From a bacterium (GTDB lineage: Bacteria; Zhuqueibacterota; Zhuqueibacteria; Residuimicrobiales; Krinioviventaceae), in NCBI GenBank assembly GCA_963693055.1, contig OY843751.1:1696001-1760000 (forward strand): 64,000 bases of DNA, given 5' to 3'. Numbering within the stretch: position 1 is the stretch's first letter; each line of letters opens with the position of its first letter. The notes beneath the pieces were generated by a model. That model was not told where the DNA came from. It was given only the letters and a program-made list of their open reading frames with translations, and searched no databases. Below, one piece after another: positions 30,390 to 40,239 of the stretch. Both the position numbers and the translations under genes were made by a program.

Positions 30390-31844
30390 TTATTTCATTT
30401 CTGCCCGTAAAACATAGCCATATTCTGAAATGCGTTTTGCCGGGAATTGGATAGTAAGACCGTCTTTTGTCTGTTGCCAATCTATTTTTTGCTCACTTCC
30501 AAGCATGGAAATATTTTTAATTTCAGGAGCATAATCCATTTGATCAGATAGGGATTTGATGGTTACTGTACCATCATCCGGGCAGACCAGGGCCATAATG
30601 TACAAGTTGTTGTCTTTTTGGGTAAACCAGAAATCCTGTTCCTGAAAATCTGACCTGAATCCATCACGTTTACGTTGAGTCGTACTTTTTATTTCAATTT
30701 TTGTGGGACCTTCATGTGTTACATGCTAGGAATGTCTTCCATAAATGGCTTCGCTGTTGATGGACATCCATTTGCCAATTTCGTGCAACTGGTCGATACT
30801 TTCCTGGGGTATGGAACCATCACCTTTGGGACCAATATTGAGCCAATAATTCCCGCCCTTTCTGGCAATAGCCATAATCCAGTAAATCAATTCTTTGGTG
30901 GACTTCCAATCCACATCATAACTTTTATATCCCCAGATATTGTTCAGGGTACCGGGAGCTTCCCAGTACACGTCACCGCCTTCTCTGTTATCCGGGATTT
31001 TATTGTCACCGGTGACCCAATAATCGCCCCAATCATTACCTACTAGGTTGTTGACAAGGCAGTTGGGTTGAATATCGTAAATCAGTTTGTAAAATTCAAA
31101 ACTCTGTTCTTGTGTCATATGATTCGCCATATCGTACCAAATCTCGATGAGGTTAGGAAGCGTATTTAACAGTTCTACCATTTGCGGTTTGGATTTGACC
31201 TCGAGATATTCCTCGAAAGAAACCGGAGAGGGGTCCCACATGTTTGCAGGCCAGTCTGCCTATTTGCTCGTATCGTCCGGATTTTCCTTTAAATAATTGA
31301 GCACACCCGCATTGCCGCCATCCATCTAATCGGTAGAATGTGAATAATAAATACCAAAGCGCAGTCCTTGTTTTTCACATTCCTGTGAGAGGGCTTTGAT
31401 AGGATCGATGTCAAAGGGGGTACTGTCAATAATATCGTAATCCGTTACTTTTGAATCGTACATTGCAAATCCATCATGGTGCTTGGGCATTGCTATTTCA
31501 TATCGCATACCTGCGTCTTTTGCCAGTTTGACCCAGGCTTTTGCATCAAATTTAACCGGATTGAACTGGCTGCATAATTGTTTGTACTCGTCCCTGGGTA
31601 TTTACGCGTGGTAAAATATCCATTCACCCAATCCCGGGATCTTTTCTCCCTGCCAAATACTGGCAGGCATGGAATAGACACCCCAGTGACTAAACATGCT
31701 AAATTTATAATCATTAAATTGTTCCAGTGCCTGGCTTTTTGTATCGTGCATTGCCTGCCAATCCTGCAATAAAGAATCATCGGCATAAACAAAAGTGCAT
31801 ACAAGAAAGAGTACAAGTATTGCAAATCTTTTAATCATCAACAT
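30390..31844 (-). pseudogene. GH29 alpha-L-fucosidase pseudogene (485 codons, one frame, 4 internal stops)
   Basis: HWGVYS, EWI, FNP..FDA..W, KHHDGF, YYS, IWYD, WGY, GGN..LNIGP..DG, GKWM..N.EAIYG all lie in one frame; internal stops are TAA 31602, TAG 31326, TAG 31260 and TAG 30726. Confidence 0.92.
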
Positions 31845-32118
31845 GTCTCCTGTAGAAGCGTTTGGTGTTCAAACTTTAAGTTGTGCTATTAATTTTATAA
31901 ATATTTTCATTCTAATATAAATATATAATTGAAAATATTAAAATTTATTTGTTTTTACAATAAAGTTTACTATTTTTATTAGTATAGGAACCATTATTTA
32001 ATTGCAGGGGTTTAAAAATAACCAGTAATTGATGCTCAATCTATCAATGGGGTAAATCCTATATTTGATAATTGCCTTTTATAAAACACCAAATTTTTAA
32101 TTTTCTAGGAGGGAGAAA

Positions 32119-34452
32119 ATGTTTAAAAGAATCAGCTTGTTAATCTTGATCATTAGCTGCAGTCTTTTAGCGACAACCATTGATGACAAAGTATTGTTTT
32201 TGGATGGGGATGGAGATTATCTTCACCTACCGCAACCTATTGTCAATTCCAGTGCATTTACAATCGAGGGATATGCATATATGAATGGATCCGGAGGAGG
32301 TGTCTGGAGCCAGAATCCGTTTTTCCAACAGAGAAGCCCATATCTGGGGGATGTTGATAGATCAACTTTGATTTTTGTAACAGAAAACCAACATGGTGAA
32401 ATCGGTATGGGGGTGGCGTCCATTGGTTATTCTTATCAAGATTATCAGTATAATCCCAGAGCCGATTACGGTGAGTGGCACCATTATGCATATGTAATTA
32501 CCGGAGACAATGTTTGTATTTATCTAGATGGAGTAAAAATATTAGAAGATGTATGCAATCAACATGGTGATTATACATCAGAGATATATTTCACTGATAT
32601 TGGTCGTCATACTATGGTTGATACTGATTATGGATTTTTTAATGGAATGCTAAATGAAATGCGAATTTGGAACAGGGAACTGAGCCAAAGTGAGATCCAG
32701 GAATTGAATTTGGGCCCGATTGATCTGGATACATTTGATTCATCTGAAAAAGGTCTTGTTGCTTATTGGCGTTTTGATGAAATTAAATATCTGGGCACGG
32801 AAGATGGTATTGTTCGGAGAATTGCGGATTTATCCGGAAATAACAATACAGGTACGCTTGTAGATGATGCTGTTATTATTGGTAATACCGAATCGATTAG
32901 TGCGAATAAAATCAAAGTAGAATCTGTAATATACAATGAAAATGATGTTGCGTTTGTTCCAATAAATGTTGATTTTTCTGAAATAACAGGATTTAACACA
33001 ATCACTTTTAGTATTGAAAAGTCTGACAAGCTGGAACTACTTCAGATCATTCCTAATTCTCAACTTTTATCCATACCCAATACTGATATTACTTTTGAAA
33101 GTGTTGAAAATTCAACGGTGATAACCGTACAATGTAGTGAGCCCATTTTACCAAAAGGTCTGCTTGTATGGTTGAAAATGTCTGTTCTTGATAATAACAG
33201 TGATTTTATCAATGTTAACCTTGATGCCGCAGAGGTTGGGGGACTTGGTGAAGCTCCATTGAAAATTTCAGGAGCTGTAGTAAAATCAACTGTAACCAAA
33301 TCCGGAGACGTATATTACGATGGCATTGTTGATATGAATGATTGCAAAACAATACTTGAACATGTATTGGGAATGTATGAAATTGATCCGGATTTGTTTA
33401 ATGCTGCAGATGTTAATCAGGATGGTTCTATAACATCTCTGGATGCCAGTATTATTCTACAATATATTAATGGACTTATTGATAACCTACCGGTGCCTTA
33501 TACAACCAATATGTACCCCAGCTCAGGTTCTATCAATTTAGGAGATCCCATCCCAGGAGCCGGTCAACTTGTTTCGATTCCAATTGTTATGAATCAAGGG
33601 GATAATATCTTTTCATTGTTTTGTGAAATAAGCTTTGATAGTGAGAATTACACCTTTAATGGATTTAATATGATTTACAATATCGTTCAATTATATTCAC
33701 GTGTATCTGACGGTTGTTTAAAATGGAGTTTTGCACTGGCTGAACCTCTTTCAGGAAATGCTATTTTGGGTTATATGCAATTCACAAAAAATAATGTTGA
33801 TGCCGGTAGTGCTATACTTGCAAGTGATATTTGCTTGAATGAAATCAATAGTACCGTCCCGGTAGAAATGTCCTCCTTTACGGCTTATAATGAGGATGGT
33901 TGTGTTTTACTCCAGTGGACAACAAAGACAGAAACCAATAATTTGGGATTCCATTTATATCGGTCAAGTACCTCAGAAGGTCCATGGACAAAAATTAATT
34001 CATCTATAATCCCAGGTAATTGCACTTCGTTAATAGAAAATAAATATACATTTGTAGACACTGATATTGAAAATTTTTCAAAAGTTTATTATAAAATAGA
34101 GCAATTGGATACGGATGGCAGTACAGTTTCTTTTGGCCCCGTGGAACTGGAAGTTGGAGATGGTACTGTACCTAGTCGTTTTGCATTAAAACAAAATTAT
34201 CCGAATCCATTTAATTCAAATACAATTATAGAATATAATGTACCCAGATCCGCTTATGTTAATGTTTCCATTTTTAATACAAGGGGACAATTGGTTAGGG
34301 AACTTTTAAATGCCAATCAATCAGCAGGGAATCATGATCTCGTGTGGCATGGAACTGATCAATTTGGCAATGTGGTCTCTTCCGGTGTTTATTTGGTAAG
34401 AATGACCGCGGGGAATTATAATAATACATTAAAAATGCTTTATGTGAAATAA
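32119..34452 (+). CDS. Secreted LamG + cohesin-like + dockerin + cohesin-like protein with a C-terminal sorting/FlgD-like tail
   Basis: LamG (LDGDGDY, FTIE, WHHYA, YLDG, F.G.LNE.RIWNR.LS..EI, LVAYW.FDE); dockerin duplicated Ca loops GDVYYDGIVDMND and ADVNQDGSITSLDA; VPVEMSSFTA..L.W.T.TE.NNLGF; LKQNYPNPFN..W.G.D..G..VSSGVY. Confidence 0.8.
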   Translation: MFKRISLLILIISCSLLATTIDDKVLFLDGDGDYLHLPQPIVNSSAFTIEGYAYMNGSGGGVWSQNPFFQQRSPYLGDVDRSTLIFVTENQHGEIGMGVASIGYSYQDYQYNPRADYGEWHHYAYVITGDNVCIYLDGVKILEDVCNQHGDYTSEIYFTDIGRHTMVDTDYGFFNGMLNEMRIWNRELSQSEIQELNLGPIDLDTFDSSEKGLVAYWRFDEIKYLGTEDGIVRRIADLSGNNNTGTLVDDAVIIGNTESISANKIKVESVIYNENDVAFVPINVDFSEITGFNTITFSIEKSDKLELLQIIPNSQLLSIPNTDITFESVENSTVITVQCSEPILPKGLLVWLKMSVLDNNSDFINVNLDAAEVGGLGEAPLKISGAVVKSTVTKSGDVYYDGIVDMNDCKTILEHVLGMYEIDPDLFNAADVNQDGSITSLDASIILQYINGLIDNLPVPYTTNMYPSSGSINLGDPIPGAGQLVSIPIVMNQGDNIFSLFCEISFDSENYTFNGFNMIYNIVQLYSRVSDGCLKWSFALAEPLSGNAILGYMQFTKNNVDAGSAILASDICLNEINSTVPVEMSSFTAYNEDGCVLLQWTTKTETNNLGFHLYRSSTSEGPWTKINSSIIPGNCTSLIENKYTFVDTDIENFSKVYYKIEQLDTDGSTVSFGPVELEVGDGTVPSRFALKQNYPNPFNSNTIIEYNVPRSAYVNVSIFNTRGQLVRELLNANQSAGNHDLVWHGTDQFGNVVSSGVYLVRMTAGNYNNTLKMLYVK

Positions 34453-34461
34453 GGAAAATTT

Positions 34462-34520
34462 TCCGGTATTTACAAGATGCTTTTCAAAAAAAGCAGATAC
34501 TATAAATACCGGATTTTTTT
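34462..34520 (+). terminator. Long-stem intrinsic terminator
   Basis: CCGGTATTTA...TAAATACCGG with an inner TGCTTTT/AAAAGCA stem, followed by ATTTTTTT. Confidence 0.6.
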
Positions 34521-34666
34521 ACAAATTTATTAAGGGCTAAACTACGACATATCGGCGACAGCGTAAGAGGTAGTTGATTTAAATTTTTGACCTGTATTAT
34601 TGAATCAGGAATTGTAAATTCAGGGGTTCATTTCCGAGCGATAGTTTATAAGCAATTTAATATAAA

Positions 34667-35386
34667 TTATTCATTCAACAAATTTGCAATTTCTTTACTT
34701 ATTTCATCTGCCAGTTTGTTATAGCCATCCTGATTATAGTGTACATTACCCTTGGATGCACTATACTTTTCAAGCTCTGGTTCAATCAGGTTATACAAGT
34801 CAATAACCGGGATATTGTTTTCTTGCATGATCTTTTTTGCAATATTGTTTCTATCAATTACAACCTGGTTTTTTTTTGGATCTAACTTTAGATCAGGTTC
34901 ATCTGACGGGAAGGGAGTTGTCTAGGAATAGACCAGTTTGCAATTTCTGGATTTTTCAGATTTAAGAAATTTAACAAATTTTCTCAAGCTCTTTTCATAT
35001 TGGCTATTGTCAAGATGCTAGCCATGAAGTCCATTATTAAAATGTATTAATACATGGTTTTAATTTGCCATAGCAATTTTTGATTCAATCATCAATGATG
35101 GATCTGCAATGGATCTGGATGTGGCGTATCGATCGCAATTGCCTTGCGGCAGCTTTTCTGAAACTGCTTTATAGTATCCTCTTGAAATAGAATCCCCAAT
35201 AAACAATACACGGGGCTTTTCTGTATCGGGTTCATTTGCCCACCAGAAATCGCACCACTCGATTTTTTCACGAATTACTTGTGCTTTCGTGCAACCTGCT
35301 ATAATAAAACCCGTTAATAATATAAAATAAAGTGTTTTTGAAGAAATTATCCTGTTCCATTGAAACCCGGGCATCGCGTTTTTCAT
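34667..35386 (-). pseudogene. SGNH/GDSL hydrolase lipoprotein pseudogene (240 codons, one frame, 3 internal stops)
   Basis: FIGDSIS block I, HFNNGLHG block III, TTP, IDLY, NVHY block V all in frame; stops TAA 35060, TAG 35018, TAG 34922. Confidence 0.88.
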
Positions 35387-35507
35387 TACTTATTCCTTTT
35401 AATTGTTAATTTTTCAGTATGTTTAAAAAGGAATAAAATAATTTGATAAAAATCAATATAATATTTCATTGAAAAATACAGATCCATTTCAATCAAAATA
35501 TATATCA

Positions 35508-35536
35508 TTGCATTTTTCCGGTATTTGTGATATACT
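35508..35536 (+). promoter_or_regulatory. Candidate sigma70 promoter (extended -10)
   Basis: TTGCAT-N17-TATACT with TG upstream of the -10. Confidence 0.45.
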
Positions 35537-35780
35537 TACTAGTCACATGAGATAATATATGTAAAGGGGGGGTAAATTAATCAAAGACAATATTACTGCA
35601 TTCTCTGATAAGGTAGTGTAAGGATGGAAATTTATAAATATTAATGCGGGAAAATTATGATCTGTCTATAAATATTCCGGTTTATACGTTTGAGGCATGA
35701 AATATTTTTTAATCAATATCAATGTTTTTAAAAAGATTTAAGAGTAAGTTGGAATAAAAGATAATAATTTAAGGTACAAT

Positions 35781-36284
35781 GTGACAAAAATTTTTATGTA
35801 TATATGGATTTTTCTCCTATTAGTAAATTTTATACTTTTATTTGTAAAGATGTTTTCTATTTCTGAAACCCATGTTAAATTTGGAATAGGAATTAAATTT
35901 CTTTTTTTACATTTTTTTGTTATCATGTCTTTAGGATATTATTTTTCTGTCATTGAACCATTTTTTTTGAATGGAAAAGAACCTAATCTGAACGCTACTA
36001 TTCTGTTGCTATTTTCCATTTTGGGAGTTTATGTTGGATTTAGCTTTCGATTTCAATGTAAGGGAAAGTATTATATATGGTTCAACGGCCTATATATTCG
36101 AAAAGTATCTTCCGATACCATCAAATATATTATTTTCTATGTGAAAAAGGGACAAACACAAAAAATTAAGTTTGTTAGAGATGGAAAGAATATTACTTTT
36201 CGATTTGGGAATTATTTTGAATATGTTATTTATAAATTTGCACATGAAAACAAAATTCATATAAAAAGAAAAAAATATAGTTGA
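35781..36284 (+). CDS. Hypothetical AT-rich membrane protein (3 TM + basic tail)
   Basis: 167-aa ORF with hydrophobic segments; no recognised family. Confidence 0.5.
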   Translation: MTKIFMYIWIFLLLVNFILLFVKMFSISETHVKFGIGIKFLFLHFFVIMSLGYYFSVIEPFFLNGKEPNLNATILLLFSILGVYVGFSFRFQCKGKYYIWFNGLYIRKVSSDTIKYIIFYVKKGQTQKIKFVRDGKNITFRFGNYFEYVIYKFAHENKIHIKRKKYS

Positions 36285-36324
36285 ATTTTAGTATGTATAG
36301 ATGGCGATTTGTCCATCTTTTTTA

Positions 36325-37755
36325 GGAAGTGTAAAGATTTTTGTGTAAATCATGAACAAGGGTTCAATAACCCGTAGGGTTATTGAATTTCGATCGCTGA
36401 TTGATTTGCACACACTTTTCCAAGGGACTGTAAATTCGCTTGTGTTTTAAAAACAAATATTACATTTTATTAAATACAGGAGAATTTACCAATGAAACTT
36501 ACACCTGAAATTATTAAACAACTTGAAAAAGATTTTGAAAATTGCAAGACAGCAGACGATCTGCTGGGCAAAAATGGTCTGGTCAAGAATTTGATTAAGG
36601 GCATATCAGACCAAATTATGGAAGCTGAAATGACCCAGCACTTGGGCTATGAGAGACATTCTTCAGAAGGTGATAACAGTGGCAATAGTAGAAACGGTCA
36701 CAGCAGCAAAACAGTGAAGACAGATTTTGGTGAAATTGACATCAAAATCCCCCGTGATCGGAATGGAGAATTTGACCCGGTACTTGTCAAAAAGCACCAG
36801 CGTGATCTGGGCAAAATAGATGAAATTATCGTTGCCTTATATGCCAAAGGTCTGAGTACAAGAGACATCAAAGACCACCTGGAAACACTTTACGGCCTGG
36901 ACGCTTCCCCAACATTTATTTCCAATGTTACCGAACGGGTACGCGAGCTTGTCGTTGAATGGCAGTCAAGACCGTTGGATAGCGTTTATCCTATTGTTTA
37001 TTTGGATGCTATCCACTATAAGATACGTGACGAAGGGCGTATTATAAACAAGGCCGCCTATACTGTACTGGGAATCAATGGTGAAGGCTTTAAGGATTTA
37101 CTTGGTATTTGGATCGACCAGTCCGAGGGCGCCAATTTCTGGCTGTCTGTTTTAACCGATATACGAAACCGTGGGGTTGAAGATATTCTGATTGCATGCG
37201 TAGATGGGCTGAAAGGCTTTCCGGATGCTATTGCCAGCATTTTTCCCGATACTGAAGTCCAGCTTTGTATCATCCATCAAATCCGTAACTCGCTTCGTTA
37301 TGTTGCATCAAAACATCAAAAAGAATTTATCAAAGATCTGAAGCTGGTTTATCAAAGCACAACTAAAGAAAACGCTGAACTGCAACTGGATCGCCTTGAA
37401 CAAAAATGGGGGGTCAAATATCCCATTGTTATCAATTCCTGGAGAAAAAACTGGGACAACCTGTCCAACTATTTTAAATATCCCGAAGAAATTCGGCGAA
37501 TGATCTATACCACAAATAGTGTAGAGGCTCTGCACCGACAGCTTCGCAAAGTCACTAAAACCAAATCTCTGTTCCCCCACGATGATGCGTTGAAAAAAAT
37601 GCTGTTTCTGGCCTACAGGGATATTGCTAAAAAATGGTCGCAGCCCATCAGAAACTGGGCCTTTGTTGTTTCTCAATTTTCTATTATATTTAAAGACAGG
37701 ATGAAAATCCAAATATAGCACTACTATTCATTTACACAAAAAAGTTTACAGTCTC
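36325..37755 (+). mobile_element. IS256-family insertion sequence including a 99-bp left extension
   Basis: Outer IRL GGAAGTGTAAAGATTTTTGTGTAAAT (36325-50) vs IRR 37730-55, 21/26 match; second IRL-like end GGGACTGTAAA at 36424; 8-bp duplication CTTTTTTA at 36317-24 and 37756-63. Confidence 0.88.
36492..37718 (+). CDS. IS256-family (Mutator-like DDE) transposase, intact
   Basis: HLGYE, RNG..KT, PRDRNGEF, YAKGLSTRDI, YLDAI, DGLKGF, QLCIIHQIRNS, IYTTN.VE. Confidence 0.97.
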   Translation: MKLTPEIIKQLEKDFENCKTADDLLGKNGLVKNLIKGISDQIMEAEMTQHLGYERHSSEGDNSGNSRNGHSSKTVKTDFGEIDIKIPRDRNGEFDPVLVKKHQRDLGKIDEIIVALYAKGLSTRDIKDHLETLYGLDASPTFISNVTERVRELVVEWQSRPLDSVYPIVYLDAIHYKIRDEGRIINKAAYTVLGINGEGFKDLLGIWIDQSEGANFWLSVLTDIRNRGVEDILIACVDGLKGFPDAIASIFPDTEVQLCIIHQIRNSLRYVASKHQKEFIKDLKLVYQSTTKENAELQLDRLEQKWGVKYPIVINSWRKNWDNLSNYFKYPEEIRRMIYTTNSVEALHRQLRKVTKTKSLFPHDDALKKMLFLAYRDIAKKWSQPIRNWAFVVSQFSIIFKDRMKIQI

Positions 37756-37835
37756 CTTTTTTATTTTTCATTAATTAGTTATATTTGATTTTTGTTTGAT
37801 TATAGATTTATTCTCATTCTCAATCCTGAATAATA

Positions 37836-37863
37836 TTGTATTTTCAGGCGTTTGTGATATACT
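37836..37863 (+). promoter_or_regulatory. Candidate sigma70 promoter for uxaA
   Basis: TTGTAT-N16-TATACT with extended TG; GAGG RBS before ATG 37885. Confidence 0.45.
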
Positions 37864-37884
37864 ATTTAAAAGTATTGAGGAAAG

Positions 37885-39534
37885 ATGAATACCGGAGCTG
37901 TATTACTTATCCATAAAAATGATAATGTTGCAGTGGCTCTGCGGCCACTTGTGGCAGGGGAGCGTGTCAATGCTGGGGATAAATCTGTTATTATAAAAAA
38001 TGATATTCCTGCCAAGCATTCTATTGCTTTGCGGGACATGCCTGCATCAAATCCTATAATTATGCACGGTATTTTGGTTGGCGAGACGACTTGTCCTGTT
38101 AAATCCGGAGAGCGTTTAGGTACACATAATCTCGTGCACAAGACCGCAGGGTTCGAGTATCGCGGAGTTGTGCAGCAATGGACGCCACCGGATGTGTCTA
38201 CTCTGCAGGATTTAACCTTTATAGGCTATATGCGTAAAAATGGTTCTGTGGGTACGGCTAATAACTGGATTGTGGCGCCGCTGGTGTTTTGTGAAAATGA
38301 AAATATCCTGAAACTGAAAACGGCTTTTGAGGCTATTAACGGACTGCACGGACGATCCCGACACCGTCAGCTTGCAGACCAGTTGTCCCATGCCTGGAGC
38401 TCCGGTACGAGTGTGGATGAATTGACATCACTTGATTTTACCTACAGTGCAGAATCTAACCAGTCCCTTTTCCCGAATGTGGACGGTATCAAGTTTCTTA
38501 CGCATGAATCCGGTTGCGGTGGAACACGTAAAGACGCACATGATTTGTGCGCTCTTTTGGCGGGATACATCACGCATCCCAATACCGCCGGGGCGACTAT
38601 ACTCAGCCTGGGCTGCCAGAACGCTCAGATACTGGACTTATATGAAGCAATTCATGCGCATGATCCTCAATTCAACAAACCTTTGTATATACTGGACCAG
38701 CAGCAGTACGGAAGGAGTGAATATTTGCTGGATGACGCTGTGTGTAAAACGTTTGCGGGACTCGTTGAGGCGAACGAAGCAGAACGGCAACCTGTACCTG
38801 TCAACAAACTGGTGATTGGTGTAGAGTGTGGAGGCTCTGACGGATTTTCCGGTATAACCGCTAATCCATTAATGGGCCGTATTGCTGACAGGATTGTCGC
38901 TGTTGGGGGCAGCGTGATTCTGGGCGAATTTCCCGAGTTTGGAGGTGCAGAGCAATCCCTGATCGATCGCTGCATGGATAAAGAGACAGCAGAACGGTTT
39001 ATTAAGTTGTATCGGGATTATGAAGCGCGAGCCCGTTCGGTAGGTGCGGGATTCGATATGAATCCGTCACCAGGTAACATTCGAGAAGGATTAATCACTG
39101 ACGCCATGAAATCCGCCGGAGCAGTAACAAAAGGCGGCACATCGCCGGTAACAGATATTCTTGATTATCCGGAATATGTTACTAAAGAAGGACTCAGTTT
39201 GCTGTTGACCCCGGGCAACGATGTGGAATCCACAACCGCGCTGGTAGCTGCCGGGGCAAATGTAGTGCTGTTCTCAACAGGACTCGGAACGCCCACGGGG
39301 AACCCAATTGTACCAGTGATCAAGATTGCCAGTAACACGCAGACTGCGCGACGTATGGCAGATATCATTGATTTTGACGCTGGCGGGTTAATTGACGGGG
39401 GAAAATCCATGGAAGCATTGGCAGATGAATTGATCCAAATGATTATCAATACTGCCGGTGGAGAGTATAATCCCAAAGCTGTACAAAACCACCAGGATGA
39501 TTTTATCCCATGGAAGCGGGATGTTTCGTTGTAA
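37885..39534 (+). CDS. uxaA: Altronate dehydratase (UxaA/GarD family, SAF + catalytic domain)
   Basis: DNVAVAL SAF domain; GTAN.W...VFCE; H..GCG; SLGCQ; ECGGSDGFSGITANP; NPSPGN..GL; TGLGTPTG. Confidence 0.9.
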   Translation: MNTGAVLLIHKNDNVAVALRPLVAGERVNAGDKSVIIKNDIPAKHSIALRDMPASNPIIMHGILVGETTCPVKSGERLGTHNLVHKTAGFEYRGVVQQWTPPDVSTLQDLTFIGYMRKNGSVGTANNWIVAPLVFCENENILKLKTAFEAINGLHGRSRHRQLADQLSHAWSSGTSVDELTSLDFTYSAESNQSLFPNVDGIKFLTHESGCGGTRKDAHDLCALLAGYITHPNTAGATILSLGCQNAQILDLYEAIHAHDPQFNKPLYILDQQQYGRSEYLLDDAVCKTFAGLVEANEAERQPVPVNKLVIGVECGGSDGFSGITANPLMGRIADRIVAVGGSVILGEFPEFGGAEQSLIDRCMDKETAERFIKLYRDYEARARSVGAGFDMNPSPGNIREGLITDAMKSAGAVTKGGTSPVTDILDYPEYVTKEGLSLLLTPGNDVESTTALVAAGANVVLFSTGLGTPTGNPIVPVIKIASNTQTARRMADIIDFDAGGLIDGGKSMEALADELIQMIINTAGGEYNPKAVQNHQDDFIPWKRDVSL

Positions 39535-39746
39535 AAAAAGAAATGATGTTGTGGTTTCAAAGAGTACGATAAATTTAATAAATAATGTAACAAATAAACC
39601 ACAAATATATTCGCCAGTAGGCGAACACGCGCTGACGAAAACAGATTTAAAATGAATTTTCCTTCGACGAAATTTTATTTCGAGCGCAGTAATTAATTGC
39701 AATAATCATGGTGATTCCAGTTGTTAAAATATTTTGAATTGATAGC

Positions 39747-40181
39747 ATGATCACGAATATTGGAGATATGGAAATGTTGGAGAAAAAATACGGTTCTTGT
39801 CTTTGTGGAAAAGTAAAATTTGAAATAGATGGGGAATTTGAAAATTTTTATCTATGTCATTGTAAGCGCTGTCGTAAAGATACAGGCTCTGCACATGCTG
39901 CTAATCTTTTTTCAACAACTGCGAGTATAACTTGGATATCTGGGAAAGACCTTGTGAAAGCATATACGGTACCCAATTCACAGCATAAAAAAGCTTTTTG
40001 TTCTGAATGTGGTTCCGCATTACCCAATCTTCAAATGGATGGTGAGCTTTTAGTAGTACCTGCAGGCTGTTTGGATAGTTATTTGCCCATAGTACCGGAT
40101 GCACATATTTTTGTTACCAGTAGAGCTGAATGGGATAACGATCTGGAAAAATTGTCCAAATTTGACCAATTGCCAGAATAA
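39747..40181 (+). CDS. GFA/CENP-V family zinc protein
   Basis: GSCLCG, CHC..CRK.TG, FC..CGS, P.AHIF..S.A.W. Confidence 0.92.
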   Translation: MITNIGDMEMLEKKYGSCLCGKVKFEIDGEFENFYLCHCKRCRKDTGSAHAANLFSTTASITWISGKDLVKAYTVPNSQHKKAFCSECGSALPNLQMDGELLVVPAGCLDSYLPIVPDAHIFVTSRAEWDNDLEKLSKFDQLPE

Positions 40182-40239
40182 TGTTTCAGTTTTTTTATAT
40201 TTTTTTAAAATTACCTCTGGTTAAAATAAAAAAAATATT

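Noticed and set aside
30390-35386. Stop-codon recoding (TAG/TAA read as sense) to explain the in-frame stops in GH29 and SGNH
   Set aside because: Stops are of mixed type and fall at positions expecting different residues, motifs also show missense decay, and intact genes (mraZ, ftsI, nudC, amn, transposase) end at TAG at plausible lengths.
37730-37780. IS256 outward hybrid promoter driving uxaA
   Set aside because: TTTACA in the IRR has no convincing -10 at 16-18 nt, and uxaA has its own candidate promoter at 37836-63.
35521-37863. TTTGTGATATACT at ~35524 and ~37851 as an att or target repeat
   Set aside because: Both copies are adequately explained as extended -10 promoter elements in AT-rich DNA.
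39632-39672. Hammerhead ribozyme (CTGACGA...GAAA)
   Set aside because: The bases between CTGACGA and GAAA do not close a stem II adjacent to the core, so only the general structure is reported.
39585-39730. Integron attC site
   Set aside because: The TAAC and GTT ends do not fit complementary RYYYAAC/GTTRRRY boxes, no second copy is evident, and no integrase is in the window.
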